Assembly (NCBI GenBank): GCA_036676395.1
Contig: JAKFCY010000002.1
Location: forward strand, 800,001-864,000
Source of the DNA: Bdellovibrio sp.
GTDB taxonomy: Bacteria; Bdellovibrionota; Bdellovibrionia; Bdellovibrionales; Bdellovibrionaceae
Direction: 5' to 3'
DNA length: 64,000 nucleotides
Numbering within the stretch: the stretch's first letter is position 1; each line of letters opens with the position of its first letter. The position numbers and the translations under genes were made by a program. Of the stretch, positions 39,982 to 49,666 are shown one piece after another. Below the pieces are notes generated by a model. The model was not told the DNA's origin. It searched no databases and was given only the letters and a program-made list of their open reading frames with translations.

Positions 39982-41502
39982 ATGAAAATACAGTGGAAGA
40001 TATTTTATTGCCTATTTACCATTGTACTGTTTTTAATCGTTATCGTTGCATTTACTTATAATGCGACCACCAAAGTTTCGTACTTTCGTGACCGTTCATT
40101 AGCTGTTGAAGGTCGCCTTTTGGCAGAAACTTATTTGCGAGCGCAAGTTAGAAATCAGCTGTTAGAAACATTTGATGTTTTGTATGTGTCAGGAATCGAC
40201 AGGTATGAAGATCGAATTAACCAAGGCAAAGAAGAAGTTCAAAATAAAATTTTGGATCTTAAAAATGCTCTCACGGAATCCGGTGTGATCGATGCCACCT
40301 ATAAAGCTGATCTGGATGAAATTGTAAATTCATATGATAGGCTGCAAAGCACTTTAGATCAGGGTGTAGCACTTTTAAAAAGTGGTAACGTAAAAGAAGC
40401 GCGCCAGGTTCTTATTGATGCCCGCGAGAATAAATTTAAAAAAGGCTTTCTTGAGAAAATCTCTGTGCTTATTGAGAAAGAATCGCAAATCAGTAATTTT
40501 GAATCAAATAATTTAGAACAAAGTATTAAGTGGCTTCAAAGAATACTTTTGCTTTCTGCAGGGGCTGCGTTGTTGTTGTCGTTAATTCTATCGACATTCA
40601 TTGCCCGTTCAATTGGACGAAGACTGGACCGCATCGAGAAGGCGGCACAAAGAATTTCTTCTGGTGATTTTAATATTTCGTTACCTACGCATGGACAAGA
40701 TGAGGTCTCGACATTGTCGCAGGCGATAAATAAAATGGCGGCATCTTTATTTGAAGCACAAACGCAAATCATCAAACAGCAGGAGCTATTGATTACAAGT
40801 TCTAAGATGTCATCCTTAGGTGAAATGGCCGGTGGCATTGCTCATGAAATTAATACGCCATTGGCCGTGATAGCGCTGAAGGCCGACTTGCTTGAAGCGG
40901 CAAGTAACACCGAGGAGTTTGCCTTAAACGGCAGAGAAATTGTTGCAGAGGCCTGTTCGATGATTCATAGAACAACCGATCGTATCGCAAAAATTATTAT
41001 TGGTCTTAGGGCTTTCGCACGTGATGGTACTTCTGATCCTTTTCAAAAAATGGATATGCAGACTATTGTTAAAGACACGCTTGATCTTTGTAGCGAAAAA
41101 TTTCGTAGCAGTGGAGTTGCGCTGCAAGTGCAAATGCCTGAAAGCGAATTAGCCTTAGCTTGTCGCGCAACGCAGATTTCGCAGGTTCTTTTAAATTTAT
41201 TAAGTAATTCATTTGATGCCATACAAGAGATTTCAGAAAAGTGGATAAAAATCGAGGCGCGGGATTTGGGCACTGAGGTAGAGTTGAGTGTGACTGATAG
41301 CGGCCATGGAATATCGGCGGCTATTCGCTCTAAACTGGCGCAACCCTTTTTCACTACTAAAGAAGTCGGCAAGGGCACAGGACTTGGTCTGAGTATATCT
41401 CGCGGAATTGTCATGGATCATGGCGGACGCTTAATCTTAGACGAACAAAGCCCTCATACTCGCTTTGTCATTATACTTCCGAAAGATCGGATCACTTCTT
41501 AA
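39982..41502 (+). CDS. Membrane HAMP sensor histidine kinase (NtrB-like)
   Basis: 2 TM, HAMP, AHEINTPL, PFFTTK..GTGLGL. Confidence 0.92.
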   Translation: MKIQWKIFYCLFTIVLFLIVIVAFTYNATTKVSYFRDRSLAVEGRLLAETYLRAQVRNQLLETFDVLYVSGIDRYEDRINQGKEEVQNKILDLKNALTESGVIDATYKADLDEIVNSYDRLQSTLDQGVALLKSGNVKEARQVLIDARENKFKKGFLEKISVLIEKESQISNFESNNLEQSIKWLQRILLLSAGAALLLSLILSTFIARSIGRRLDRIEKAAQRISSGDFNISLPTHGQDEVSTLSQAINKMAASLFEAQTQIIKQQELLITSSKMSSLGEMAGGIAHEINTPLAVIALKADLLEAASNTEEFALNGREIVAEACSMIHRTTDRIAKIIIGLRAFARDGTSDPFQKMDMQTIVKDTLDLCSEKFRSSGVALQVQMPESELALACRATQISQVLLNLLSNSFDAIQEISEKWIKIEARDLGTEVELSVTDSGHGISAAIRSKLAQPFFTTKEVGKGTGLGLSISRGIVMDHGGRLILDEQSPHTRFVIILPKDRITS

Positions 41503-41578
41503 TTTAATAAATTTGATCGTGGCACTGCTTTTGTATCTTGGATTGGTTTTCCGGGAATTTAATCCATTAGGGGGCTTT

Positions 41579-42514
41579 ATGGGGCACAAATATTTAATTG
41601 CCGCACTGTCGTTAGTTTTTTTAGCCACAAGTTGTGGTCCGATTAAAAATAAAAAAGAAGATGAACCTGTTGTTGAAGTCTCGGCCTTTAATTCTGGCTT
41701 TGGTGGCGGAATCTATTTCGATTCAAAAGAAAGTTACGCTCGCCTTGATTTAAGCACGGGAACTGTCGAAAATTTTTTATCCAGCGACCGTAACATGACC
41801 TCGGCCTCTGTTCAGGGCGATCAGTTTGTGACTGTGAAAAAATCTCGAAGTCATCCAGAAGTATTAGTCATTAATCGCAGTAAAGACGCGCTCGTGCGAA
41901 TTTCAGTTCCTGAAAATCCAACAGGCACGCCGAAACTTTCGCGAGATGGCCAGTTCATTATTGTCGGCGGCATTGCGGGTGATACTAAAATCTATAATCT
42001 AAGTGGCCAGGTTGTGACGAATCTTTACTCGAATATTTCAAGTTATGAATGGTTAACTGACGGACGAATTATTTTTTCGCGATTTGGCACTTTATATATT
42101 TTAACTGCAGATTTTAAATCTTATAATGTATTTCGCGCCTTGCCTGGAACACCGAATTCTTTGGCTGTTAGCCCCGATGGCGGTAGAGTGGCTTTTTCTA
42201 TGATTCATATGGGTTTACCACATATCTGGATTATGGACTTATCAGGCGCACTTCGCCAAGTTACAACTTCAGCGGTGGGCGAAAATTATCCTGCTTGGTC
42301 ACCAGATGGAAGCCATCTGGTGTTAGCTAAAGGTAAGGTGGCAACAAAGGGCACACCGAATTGTTTAGAGCTGTGGGTTGTAGGTGCTCATGCGGATACA
42401 GTCAGTGATTTAACTTCTGAAGGTTCAGCCAATACATTTCGTGTACGCCAAAATGTATCTGGCCAAATTTCAGAAACGTGCGCGGTGGCAGCCCCGGCAT
42501 GGCGAAGTTACTAG
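41579..42514 (+). CDS. TolB-like beta-propeller lipoprotein
   Basis: ATSC lipobox; SRDG, SPDG, PAWSPDG repeats. Confidence 0.8.
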   Translation: MGHKYLIAALSLVFLATSCGPIKNKKEDEPVVEVSAFNSGFGGGIYFDSKESYARLDLSTGTVENFLSSDRNMTSASVQGDQFVTVKKSRSHPEVLVINRSKDALVRISVPENPTGTPKLSRDGQFIIVGGIAGDTKIYNLSGQVVTNLYSNISSYEWLTDGRIIFSRFGTLYILTADFKSYNVFRALPGTPNSLAVSPDGGRVAFSMIHMGLPHIWIMDLSGALRQVTTSAVGENYPAWSPDGSHLVLAKGKVATKGTPNCLELWVVGAHADTVSDLTSEGSANTFRVRQNVSGQISETCAVAAPAWRSY

Positions 42515-42894
42515 TTTTGATCAGAACAGGCTTTGATATCTAATTTAATATTTTTATCAGACGCATCTTGTGGATAATCTGAAATGCGATCGTAAGTTAG
42601 TTTAATAAGAGCGCGTTCAGCACGACATTCAATGATGGTGAATGTACCGTGATCTCCAGAGGCATATCTGTCATCAGCAGCTTTTTGCGCCGTTTTAATT
42701 AAAGCACAAACACCTTTAGCACTTCCTAAATAACAAGTATTAGGGGCGCGGCTAAAGCCATCTTCCATAAAGCCAGAAAAAATAGCCACCGTAATATTGC
42801 CATCTTTTATTTTTGGATAATAAGATAGAATCTGCGTTGCAGAAGCCAGTTGGGCGAAAGCTGATAATGCAGTTACGAAAATAAATTTTTTCAT
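42511..42894 (-). CDS. Hypothetical secreted protein
   Basis: AAGGAG SD, signal peptide, 4 Cys. Confidence 0.72.
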   Translation of the reverse strand: MKKFIFVTALSAFAQLASATQILSYYPKIKDGNITVAIFSGFMEDGFSRAPNTCYLGSAKGVCALIKTAQKAADDRYASGDHGTFTIIECRAERALIKLTYDRISDYPQDASDKNIKLDIKACSDQN

Positions 42895-43097
42895 GACGGA
42901 ACTCCTTGGTTCTTTGAACAGGCTCATCTTAACACAAAATCACTGTGACTTTAGAGAGCTCTTCCGGTCTTTGAAAAGGATTACTGAACGTCAAAAAGTT
43001 AGACGCTCTTTACGAGCTTCTTCTTTTTGTGGGTAACGTATTTTCATTATAAAGCCAAATAAGAGGTATTTAATGATGTCGAAGCATCTTTTGCTTA

Positions 43098-43156
43098 CTC
43101 ATGTTTTCGGTTTACAAAAATTAAGATCTACAAAAAGTGTAAACCGAAAACATGAG
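43098..43156. repeat. REP-like inverted repeat, copy 2
   Basis: Perfect 19-bp arms CTCATGTTTTCGGTTTACA / TGTAAACCGAAAACATGAG with a 21-bp spacer. Confidence 0.8.
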
Positions 43157-43189
43157 CGAAGAATTCTGTATTATCTAGAATAATCCCGG

Positions 43190-43741
43190 TCACGCCCACA
43201 GACAGGCTAATCCAAATCCAATAAAAAGCAGGCTAGCCACACGATGCACCCACTTCATCGGTATACGGTCAGTGAACCATTGGCCAAGATAGACTGCGGG
43301 AGCGTTGGCTAACATCATTCCCAGCGTAGTTCCAACGGTCACAGCCGCAATAGAAGTGTATTTGGCCCCGAGGGCTACGGTGGCTAACTGAGTTTTATCA
43401 CCCATTTCAGCAATAAAAAAAGCAATCAGTGTTGTCACAAAAGCGCCATAACGATCAGTCATTTTCAGGCCGTTATCTTTATCAGGAATTAAAACCCACA
43501 AACCAAAAATAATGAATGTGATCGCCAATAACCAGCGTAAAGTGTACGACGAAAAATAATTTGTGATAAACGAACCTACATAACTTGCTAACGCGTGATT
43601 TAACAGCGTGGCTATGAAAATGCCGAGTAAAATAGGAAGGGGTTTTCTAAATCTAGCGGCCAGAATTAAAGCTAACAATTGGGTTTTGTCGCCCATTTCG
43701 CTGATAAAAACTAAAACTGTTGAATTGATGATAGATTCCAT
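43190..43741 (-). CDS. TMEM165/GDT1 (UPF0016) putative Mn2+/Ca2+ exporter
   Basis: Two EMGDKTQ motifs. Confidence 0.93.
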   Translation of the reverse strand: MESIINSTVLVFISEMGDKTQLLALILAARFRKPLPILLGIFIATLLNHALASYVGSFITNYFSSYTLRWLLAITFIIFGLWVLIPDKDNGLKMTDRYGAFVTTLIAFFIAEMGDKTQLATVALGAKYTSIAAVTVGTTLGMMLANAPAVYLGQWFTDRIPMKWVHRVASLLFIGFGLACLWA

Positions 43742-43744
43742 TTG

Positions 43745-43816
43745 TAACCTCACTTGTTCGCCGTGAGATCGATAGCCTTTGCTAAAGAGTTAAAGACATA
43801 TGACTACTCCCTAACA
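43745..43816 (-). ncRNA. Candidate yybP-ykoY-like (Mn2+) riboswitch, shortened
   Basis: GGGAGTAG hallmark at 43804-43811 in the leader of a UPF0016 gene; SD-occluding hairpin; P3 CAACA loop not seen. Confidence 0.45.
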
Positions 43817-43928
43817 ATTTCTAATTTAAAATAGGCTCAGAAAAAACGCAAGGTTTTACCTGTAATGGCATTTTTTGGTCTGAACTGTATCTTGTATACT
43901 AGCTTAAGTTTAACCTAGAATAAGTGGT

Positions 43929-44609
43929 ATGAGCCCATTTCGCCGCGGTTTTAAAGGTATGCTGCCAATCGTTCCAGGAATTATTCCTTTTGGTGCGGTC
44001 ATGGGAACTGTCAGTGCCGACGCCCATTTAAGTTTTTTTCAAACAGTATCGATGAATTTTTTAGTGTTTGCAGGCGCATCGCAACTTGCTGCGATTGATT
44101 TAATGAATCAGCAAGCGGCGGTTATCGTTGTTGTTGCGACCGGACTAATTATTAATTTACGTTTTTTACTTTATAGCGCGGCTATGTCACCGATTGTGCA
44201 GCAAGAAAGTTTTATAAAAAAGTTTATCACCGCATATTGTGTTACTGATCAAAGTTATGCGGTGATGATCTCTGAGCAAGATCATTTTAAATCCAATCAC
44301 GAAGCTATACAGTTTTATTTGGGGTCATGCCTATGCATGGTGATCGTGTGGCAATCATCGGTAATCGCTGGATTTATCTTCGGAAATTTTGCACCTAAAT
44401 CATTATCCTTAGATTATGCGATCCCTTTAAGTTTTGTTGCTTTACTTATGCCGACACTTAAAAATTCGAAGTACGTGATTGTAGCGATTTTTTCGGCTGT
44501 GGCGTCTTTGTTATTACAGCAAATGCCTTTTAAAACGGGATTAATTGCGACGGCGATTTTAGGAATCTGTTTGGCGTTATTTTTAACTCGTAAAAAGGCG
44601 GCGAAATGA
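43929..44609 (+). CDS. azlC: AzlC-family branched-chain amino acid exporter
   Basis: VFAGASQ, INLRFLLYSA, TDQSYA. Confidence 0.9.
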   Translation: MSPFRRGFKGMLPIVPGIIPFGAVMGTVSADAHLSFFQTVSMNFLVFAGASQLAAIDLMNQQAAVIVVVATGLIINLRFLLYSAAMSPIVQQESFIKKFITAYCVTDQSYAVMISEQDHFKSNHEAIQFYLGSCLCMVIVWQSSVIAGFIFGNFAPKSLSLDYAIPLSFVALLMPTLKNSKYVIVAIFSAVASLLLQQMPFKTGLIATAILGICLALFLTRKKAAK

Positions 44610-44929
44610 TTCCTCAAGGCTATTACTGGTTAAATATAGCTTTATTAGCGGTTGGAACTATCGTTATTCGCGGATCAATCATTGCTCTTTCTGCGCGGGT
44701 AAAAATTTCTGACCGATTAAAAGAATTATTCACGTTTATTCCTGCGGCTATATTGCCAGCCTTTATCGCTCCAGCTGTTTTTTTTCATCAAGGTGAAGTG
44801 TCATGGATGATGGGTAAAGAACGTGTCGTGGTGCTAATCTTAGCCGCTATTTTATGTTGGGTGACCCGCAGCACACTGGCGACGGTAGGTTTTGGTTTAC
44901 TTGCGCTTTACCTTTTTACTAACTTTTGA
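44606..44929 (+). CDS. azlD: AzlD-family membrane protein
   Basis: Coupled to azlC; FIPAAILPAFIAP. Confidence 0.85.
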   Translation: MIPQGYYWLNIALLAVGTIVIRGSIIALSARVKISDRLKELFTFIPAAILPAFIAPAVFFHQGEVSWMMGKERVVVLILAAILCWVTRSTLATVGFGLLALYLFTNF

Positions 44930-45670
44930 TTTTTTGGCTTTAGCCAGCCGCGCTTTATCTCGAAGCCCTTTAGCAAAGACTTGAGCTTCAGTTTTTAACT
45001 CTTGGCTGATGGCATGCCACTCAACATTTTCTAGCGCGCCAATAAGAGCGTAAGCAAAAATCGAATGATTATTTTTAGGATTTACTTCGCATAATTTTTG
45101 AAAAGTCTTTTTCCAGCCTAACTTCATAAACTGGGCCGGAGTTTTAATTCCTGCTTTTGCAAAAGTGCTGACCGCTGCCGGCCCCAGATTTTTAAAATCA
45201 GAGATCGATTTAATTTTATCTTTTTTCTCGGCGATAGTTTCATCGCGAAACATACGTGGCTTTCGCATATCTGCTGTCGAAACTTTTTCGATTTTGACTG
45301 GCTTATTTACTTTTTTTTCAGCTTTTTTCTTGCGGTCGGGGATAGTGCCAAATAAAGTTTGCGGCTTTGCTAATTCGCGAATCACTTTTTTAGCGTGGTC
45401 TTCAAAGTCTTCATCACTTAAAGATAAATAAAGCCATTTTGGTAAAATGCTATGGTTGACTAAAAACGGAAAAGCTTGCAGAAGCTTGGGGTGATGTTCT
45501 TTTTCAGCCGGAAACATACAGCCATTCCAGCGGTCTGAACTGCCCTCAAAAAGGATGAGCTTTAAAAAAGGGCCATCATAATAAGCAAATCCACCGAACA
45601 TAGCGCGGCGGTTAAAGCTTTCTGGCAGCTGATCTTCAATCCATTGCAATTCATTAAGAGTTTTGGCCAT
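44897..45670 (-). CDS. TfoX N-domain plus TfoX C-domain protein
   Basis: RAMFGG..Y; KNLGP..KAGI..YALIGAL..W. Confidence 0.8.
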   Translation of the reverse strand: MAKTLNELQWIEDQLPESFNRRAMFGGFAYYDGPFLKLILFEGSSDRWNGCMFPAEKEHHPKLLQAFPFLVNHSILPKWLYLSLSDEDFEDHAKKVIRELAKPQTLFGTIPDRKKKAEKKVNKPVKIEKVSTADMRKPRMFRDETIAEKKDKIKSISDFKNLGPAAVSTFAKAGIKTPAQFMKLGWKKTFQKLCEVNPKNNHSIFAYALIGALENVEWHAISQELKTEAQVFAKGLRDKARLAKAKKSKVSKKVKRK

Positions 45671-45755
45671 AGGTTATTCATAACTAAAAAATCTCTTTTA
45701 CTCAAAAAGATTTAACATCTAGAGTTAAGGTATTAGCTACTTTTAAGGAGATCTT

Positions 45756-46640
45756 ATGATTAAACAGCTTGGTTTGGCGCTTATGACCGTATTTATGTGT
45801 TCTTGTACATCACTTCCAAAAAGTGAAGTCTACTCTGCAAATTCAAAAGGATCGACCGGTAACCCCAAAGAGATCGTATTTATTCACGGTATGTTTATGA
45901 CTCCAGACAACTGGACCGAGTGGCAAAAATACTTTACGCAAAATGGCTATAAAACATCAGCCCCAGCTTGGCCTCAGCATGACAAGTCAGTGGCTGAAAT
46001 GAATGACCCAAAAAACTATGAGGCTTTAGCCAAAGTCACATTAGAAGACGTGCTTAATCATTATCGTCAAATTTTGCGCGAGAAAAAAGTAAAGCCTATT
46101 TTAATAGGGCATTCAATGGGCGGTCTAATATCACAGATTTTATTAAGCGAAAATTTGGCATCAGCGGCTGTGGTTTTAGATTCAGCTCCACCACGCGGAG
46201 TATTTATCATCAGTACAACTTTTTTAAGAGCTAACTGGAAAATCATTACTCCGTTTGCCAGCAAAAATAAACCGATCGTGCAAGATCAAGAAAGTTTTGC
46301 AGCCAGTTTTTGTAATGCACAATCTGAAGCTGAACAAAAAAGAATTTATTCGACATTTGCAGTGCCAGAATCAAAACGTGTTGGTCTTGGCCCATTAACA
46401 AAAGTGGGTTCATTAAATGAAGAAAATGCACGTGGGCCGTTATTGTTAGTGGCGGGCAGTGAAGATCGTATTATTCCGGCGCGCTTAACCTATGAAAATT
46501 TTGAAATCTATGAAGATACTCCAGGTTACACTGAATTTTATTTGGCAGATGGAAAAGATCACTGCCTGATGTTAACCCCAGGTTGGGAAGCCTTAGCCGA
46601 AACTTCGCGTTTATGGTTAGAAAAACAACTGGTGAAATAA
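45756..46640 (+). CDS. Alpha/beta hydrolase lipoprotein
   Basis: IHGMF, GHSMGG, GSEDRII, DH. Confidence 0.85.
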   Translation: MIKQLGLALMTVFMCSCTSLPKSEVYSANSKGSTGNPKEIVFIHGMFMTPDNWTEWQKYFTQNGYKTSAPAWPQHDKSVAEMNDPKNYEALAKVTLEDVLNHYRQILREKKVKPILIGHSMGGLISQILLSENLASAAVVLDSAPPRGVFIISTTFLRANWKIITPFASKNKPIVQDQESFAASFCNAQSEAEQKRIYSTFAVPESKRVGLGPLTKVGSLNEENARGPLLLVAGSEDRIIPARLTYENFEIYEDTPGYTEFYLADGKDHCLMLTPGWEALAETSRLWLEKQLVK

Positions 46641-47134
46641 TGAATTCAAGTGTTGTGCAATGGAAATTTGATTCAAGCGTAGGGCCGATTTATCTAGAGG
46701 CTAGTGAAACGGGTTTGCGCGGTTGTCATCTTGAAAAACAAAAGACACCTGTGATCAAATCTTTAAGTGAAGCAGGTCCAGCTAAAAAGTTTTTAGTTCA
46801 GGCCGAAAGTGAAATCACTGAATACTTAAACGGCGAGCGAAAAAAGTTTACTATAAAGCTTGAAATTATCGGCACAGATTTTCAAAAACAAGTTTGGCAG
46901 CAGTTGCAACAAATTCCATTTGGTCAATCACTGTCATATAAAGAACTTGCTGAAAACATCAAAAACCCAAAAGCAGTTCGCGCTGTCGGAACAGCCAACG
47001 GACGTAATAACTTTTGCATTATTATTCCGTGTCACCGCGTGATTGCCGCTGATGGCACTTTAGGTGGTTATTCAGGTGGATTACCATTTAAGAAAAAATT
47101 ATTACAATTAGAAAACATCGCTTACAAAAACTAA
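46640..47134 (+). CDS. ogt: Methylated-DNA--protein-cysteine methyltransferase
   Basis: RAVGTANGRN, IPCHRV, GGYSGG. Confidence 0.93.
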   Translation: MNSSVVQWKFDSSVGPIYLEASETGLRGCHLEKQKTPVIKSLSEAGPAKKFLVQAESEITEYLNGERKKFTIKLEIIGTDFQKQVWQQLQQIPFGQSLSYKELAENIKNPKAVRAVGTANGRNNFCIIIPCHRVIAADGTLGGYSGGLPFKKKLLQLENIAYKN

Positions 47135-47241
47135 TGATTTAGACCAGCATTCAATAATTTCTGTCCAGATTTGAGATTTCGGCCCTTGTTCAAGACCAAG
47201 GGCCCGTTTAATAAAGCCGTAAAAATTACGATAATTAACCT

Positions 47242-48279
47242 ATGATATCACTATGGATTACCATCGGCCTTGTCATTTCTGCAGTTCTGGTTTCATCACT
47301 AGGAGCTTATTTCTCAATTATCGGGATCGGTGCCTTATTTAGCGGTGCTCTTGTTGCTGTGTGCTTAATGGCTGGATCTTTAGAATTTGCTAAGTTTGTC
47401 TTAGCGGCTTACCTTCACCAAACCTGGAAAAATCTTAATTTTGTATTTAAAATTTACATGACTTTTGCGGTTATCACTTTAAGTGCGATTACAAGTATCG
47501 GGGTGTTCGGATTTTTATCTGATGCTTACCAATCAGCTTCTACAGTTTTAGAAGGTGAAACCATCAAATTAGAGAATGTAAAAAAACAACAAGAAATGAT
47601 CACCGCTGAAATTGAACGTTTAAACTATTCTGTTGAAGAGATTCCAGAAGAGCGCATGTCGAAAAGGCTAGCAGCACGTCAGGCGATTGAGCCTCGCATT
47701 TTAGAGCTTAATAAAAAATATGCCGACAACGAAAAAACCGTGACTGATTCGCAGTTGCAAATTTTAGAAGTAAAGAAAAAAGTAGGACCATTAATTTACA
47801 TTTCTCGTAATTTTAATGTGCCGATTGATAAAGTAGTTCAGTACTTAATATTAATTTTCGTGAGCGTATTTGATCCATTAGCGATTTGTTTGGTTATCGC
47901 TTCGACGTATTCGATTGAATCACGTAAGAACAAACATTTAGTGCAACACATGGAGCAAATGCAAGAAGCTGAGTTAGAAGCTAAACTTGCAGCCGCAAGA
48001 CAGGCAGCCGCTCAGCAAATGAGTGCAACGGCCACAGAAGTGGCGCAGATGACAGCAACAGTTGAGGCCGTCGCGCAAGCGAACGTGCAACAAGCAGTTA
48101 ATGAAGTCGTTACAGAACAAAAAGAAGTGGCTGCAGCAGAAGCTGAGCATTCAAAAGCTATCGCTGCAGAAGCTGTTAATCCAGATAATGTGGCTACAGA
48201 AGACGACGTTATTGTACAGATGAATTTTAAAGATGAAGTTGCAACTGAGCCAGTCGTAAAAGACGATAAAGTGGTTTAA
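47242..48279 (+). CDS. Membrane protein with coiled coil and A/E/Q-rich tail
   Basis: 3 TM, coiled coil, TM (VFDPLAICL), low-complexity tail. Confidence 0.8.
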   Translation: MISLWITIGLVISAVLVSSLGAYFSIIGIGALFSGALVAVCLMAGSLEFAKFVLAAYLHQTWKNLNFVFKIYMTFAVITLSAITSIGVFGFLSDAYQSASTVLEGETIKLENVKKQQEMITAEIERLNYSVEEIPEERMSKRLAARQAIEPRILELNKKYADNEKTVTDSQLQILEVKKKVGPLIYISRNFNVPIDKVVQYLILIFVSVFDPLAICLVIASTYSIESRKNKHLVQHMEQMQEAELEAKLAAARQAAAQQMSATATEVAQMTATVEAVAQANVQQAVNEVVTEQKEVAAAEAEHSKAIAAEAVNPDNVATEDDVIVQMNFKDEVATEPVVKDDKVV

Positions 48280-48282
48280 GCT

Positions 48283-49146
48283 ATGATCATTGTTACCAAG
48301 TTTTTAGAACGCAAATGGGTTATTCAGCTGTTCGGTCTTGGACTGATCATCGCTCCATTTGTGAATATTCTAATTCAATTCTTGGTGTTAAATTCTAAAT
48401 CCGGCATTTCTTGGCGCTATATCAGCATTTCGTCGTATTTAATGAGCGGTTCGATTGCTAATTATATTTTAGCGATTGGCAGTGTGGTCATTGGCGGTAT
48501 TATGCTATCGGGTTCAACCAAAGCCTGGAAAGCCGTTTTACTTTTAGTCGGAACTCATTTGCTGGTGCAAATTTTAAATTATAAATCTAAAGAATGGAAT
48601 GGAACTCTTGGATGGGGAGCCTTTGCTGTCAATCTTTCGGTTTTCTTATTTATCGCCGATCAATTAGTCTGGCGCGTGAAAACAAAAGAAGAAATTTTTG
48701 CTGAAGCGATGGAAAAAGCAGCTGCTTTAATTCCTAAAACGAAAGCTGAAATAAAAATTCCCGTAACAGCCACTCCTGAGGTTACTCCTGCGCCGACGGC
48801 TCCAGTAGCAGCGTCTGCAGAAGCAGGTTTTATTTTAGGTGCGGGCAGTTCGATCGAAAAGATCTTACATTTGAAATCATATAAAAAAATATTTTTTAGT
48901 TTTGGCAGTGATCGCCCCTGGGGCCGTTTGATGACTTTAAACAGTCATCAATTAATCGTGAACTGTTTTGCGGCAGCGCCTGAAGCCATTGAAAACAAAG
49001 TCGTTGCCATCAGCTTTACTAAAAATTTAGTGATCGATATTAAATTTGATCGAAAAGAGAGTAATTTGTATTACTTTACTCCCTTAGATATGACGCCAGC
49101 TCGTGTATCTGAATTAAACCAATGGCTTAAAAAGATTGCTGTCTAG
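48283..49146 (+). CDS. Hypothetical 4-TM membrane protein with cytoplasmic domain
   Basis: Hydrophobic N-terminal half, P/A/T linker, beta-rich C-terminus. Confidence 0.75.
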   Translation: MIIVTKFLERKWVIQLFGLGLIIAPFVNILIQFLVLNSKSGISWRYISISSYLMSGSIANYILAIGSVVIGGIMLSGSTKAWKAVLLLVGTHLLVQILNYKSKEWNGTLGWGAFAVNLSVFLFIADQLVWRVKTKEEIFAEAMEKAAALIPKTKAEIKIPVTATPEVTPAPTAPVAASAEAGFILGAGSSIEKILHLKSYKKIFFSFGSDRPWGRLMTLNSHQLIVNCFAAAPEAIENKVVAISFTKNLVIDIKFDRKESNLYYFTPLDMTPARVSELNQWLKKIAV

Positions 49147-49147
49147 T

Positions 49148-49504
49148 TTATTTAACTGGAACGGCCTCTACAGCTGGAGCTGCTTTTAATTTATTGGCCT
49201 GTTTCACGATCATAAATAAAACAAATGCGATAATTAAAAAATCAATTAGAGCCTGCATGAAGTTACCATAAGCAAGAACTGCAGCGCCCTTAGTTTTAGC
49301 TTCTTCGATAGTTAAATACGTATTGCCATCTAAAGCGATAAACTGTTGAGTTACATTGACGCCTTTCATGACAAGACCAATTAACGGCATTAGAATATCA
49401 TTTACTAAAGAGTTAACGATTTTGCCGAAGGCCGCTCCGATAATTACCCCAACAGCTAAATCCATCACATTGCCTTGTGCTAAAAACTTTTTAAATTCTC
49501 CCAT
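49148..49504 (-). CDS. mscL: Large-conductance mechanosensitive channel
   Basis: EFKKF..GNVMDLAVGVIIGAAFGKIV; AGGAG SD. Confidence 0.95.
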   Translation of the reverse strand: MGEFKKFLAQGNVMDLAVGVIIGAAFGKIVNSLVNDILMPLIGLVMKGVNVTQQFIALDGNTYLTIEEAKTKGAAVLAYGNFMQALIDFLIIAFVLFMIVKQANKLKAAPAVEAVPVK

Positions 49505-49666
49505 AAATATATTCTCCTTTAGATCACAGCTTAAAACAGGCATCACGAAATACAAGGATTAGTTCCGCAAACGGGCGGAGCGAATTGTCAGAATGTCTTA
49601 TGCTTAGACACTGATAACAAATATAATGAGTATAAACTCGGAACAGCATGTGCATGGTTAATCACC

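Noticed and set aside
47208..47234. Possible sigma28 promoter TTAA-N15-TACGATAA
   Set aside because: Weak match in AT-rich DNA; not supportable without TSS data
48850..49146. Possible PilZ domain at the C-terminus of the membrane protein
   Set aside because: RxxxR and DxSxxG motifs are absent; resemblance is only compositional
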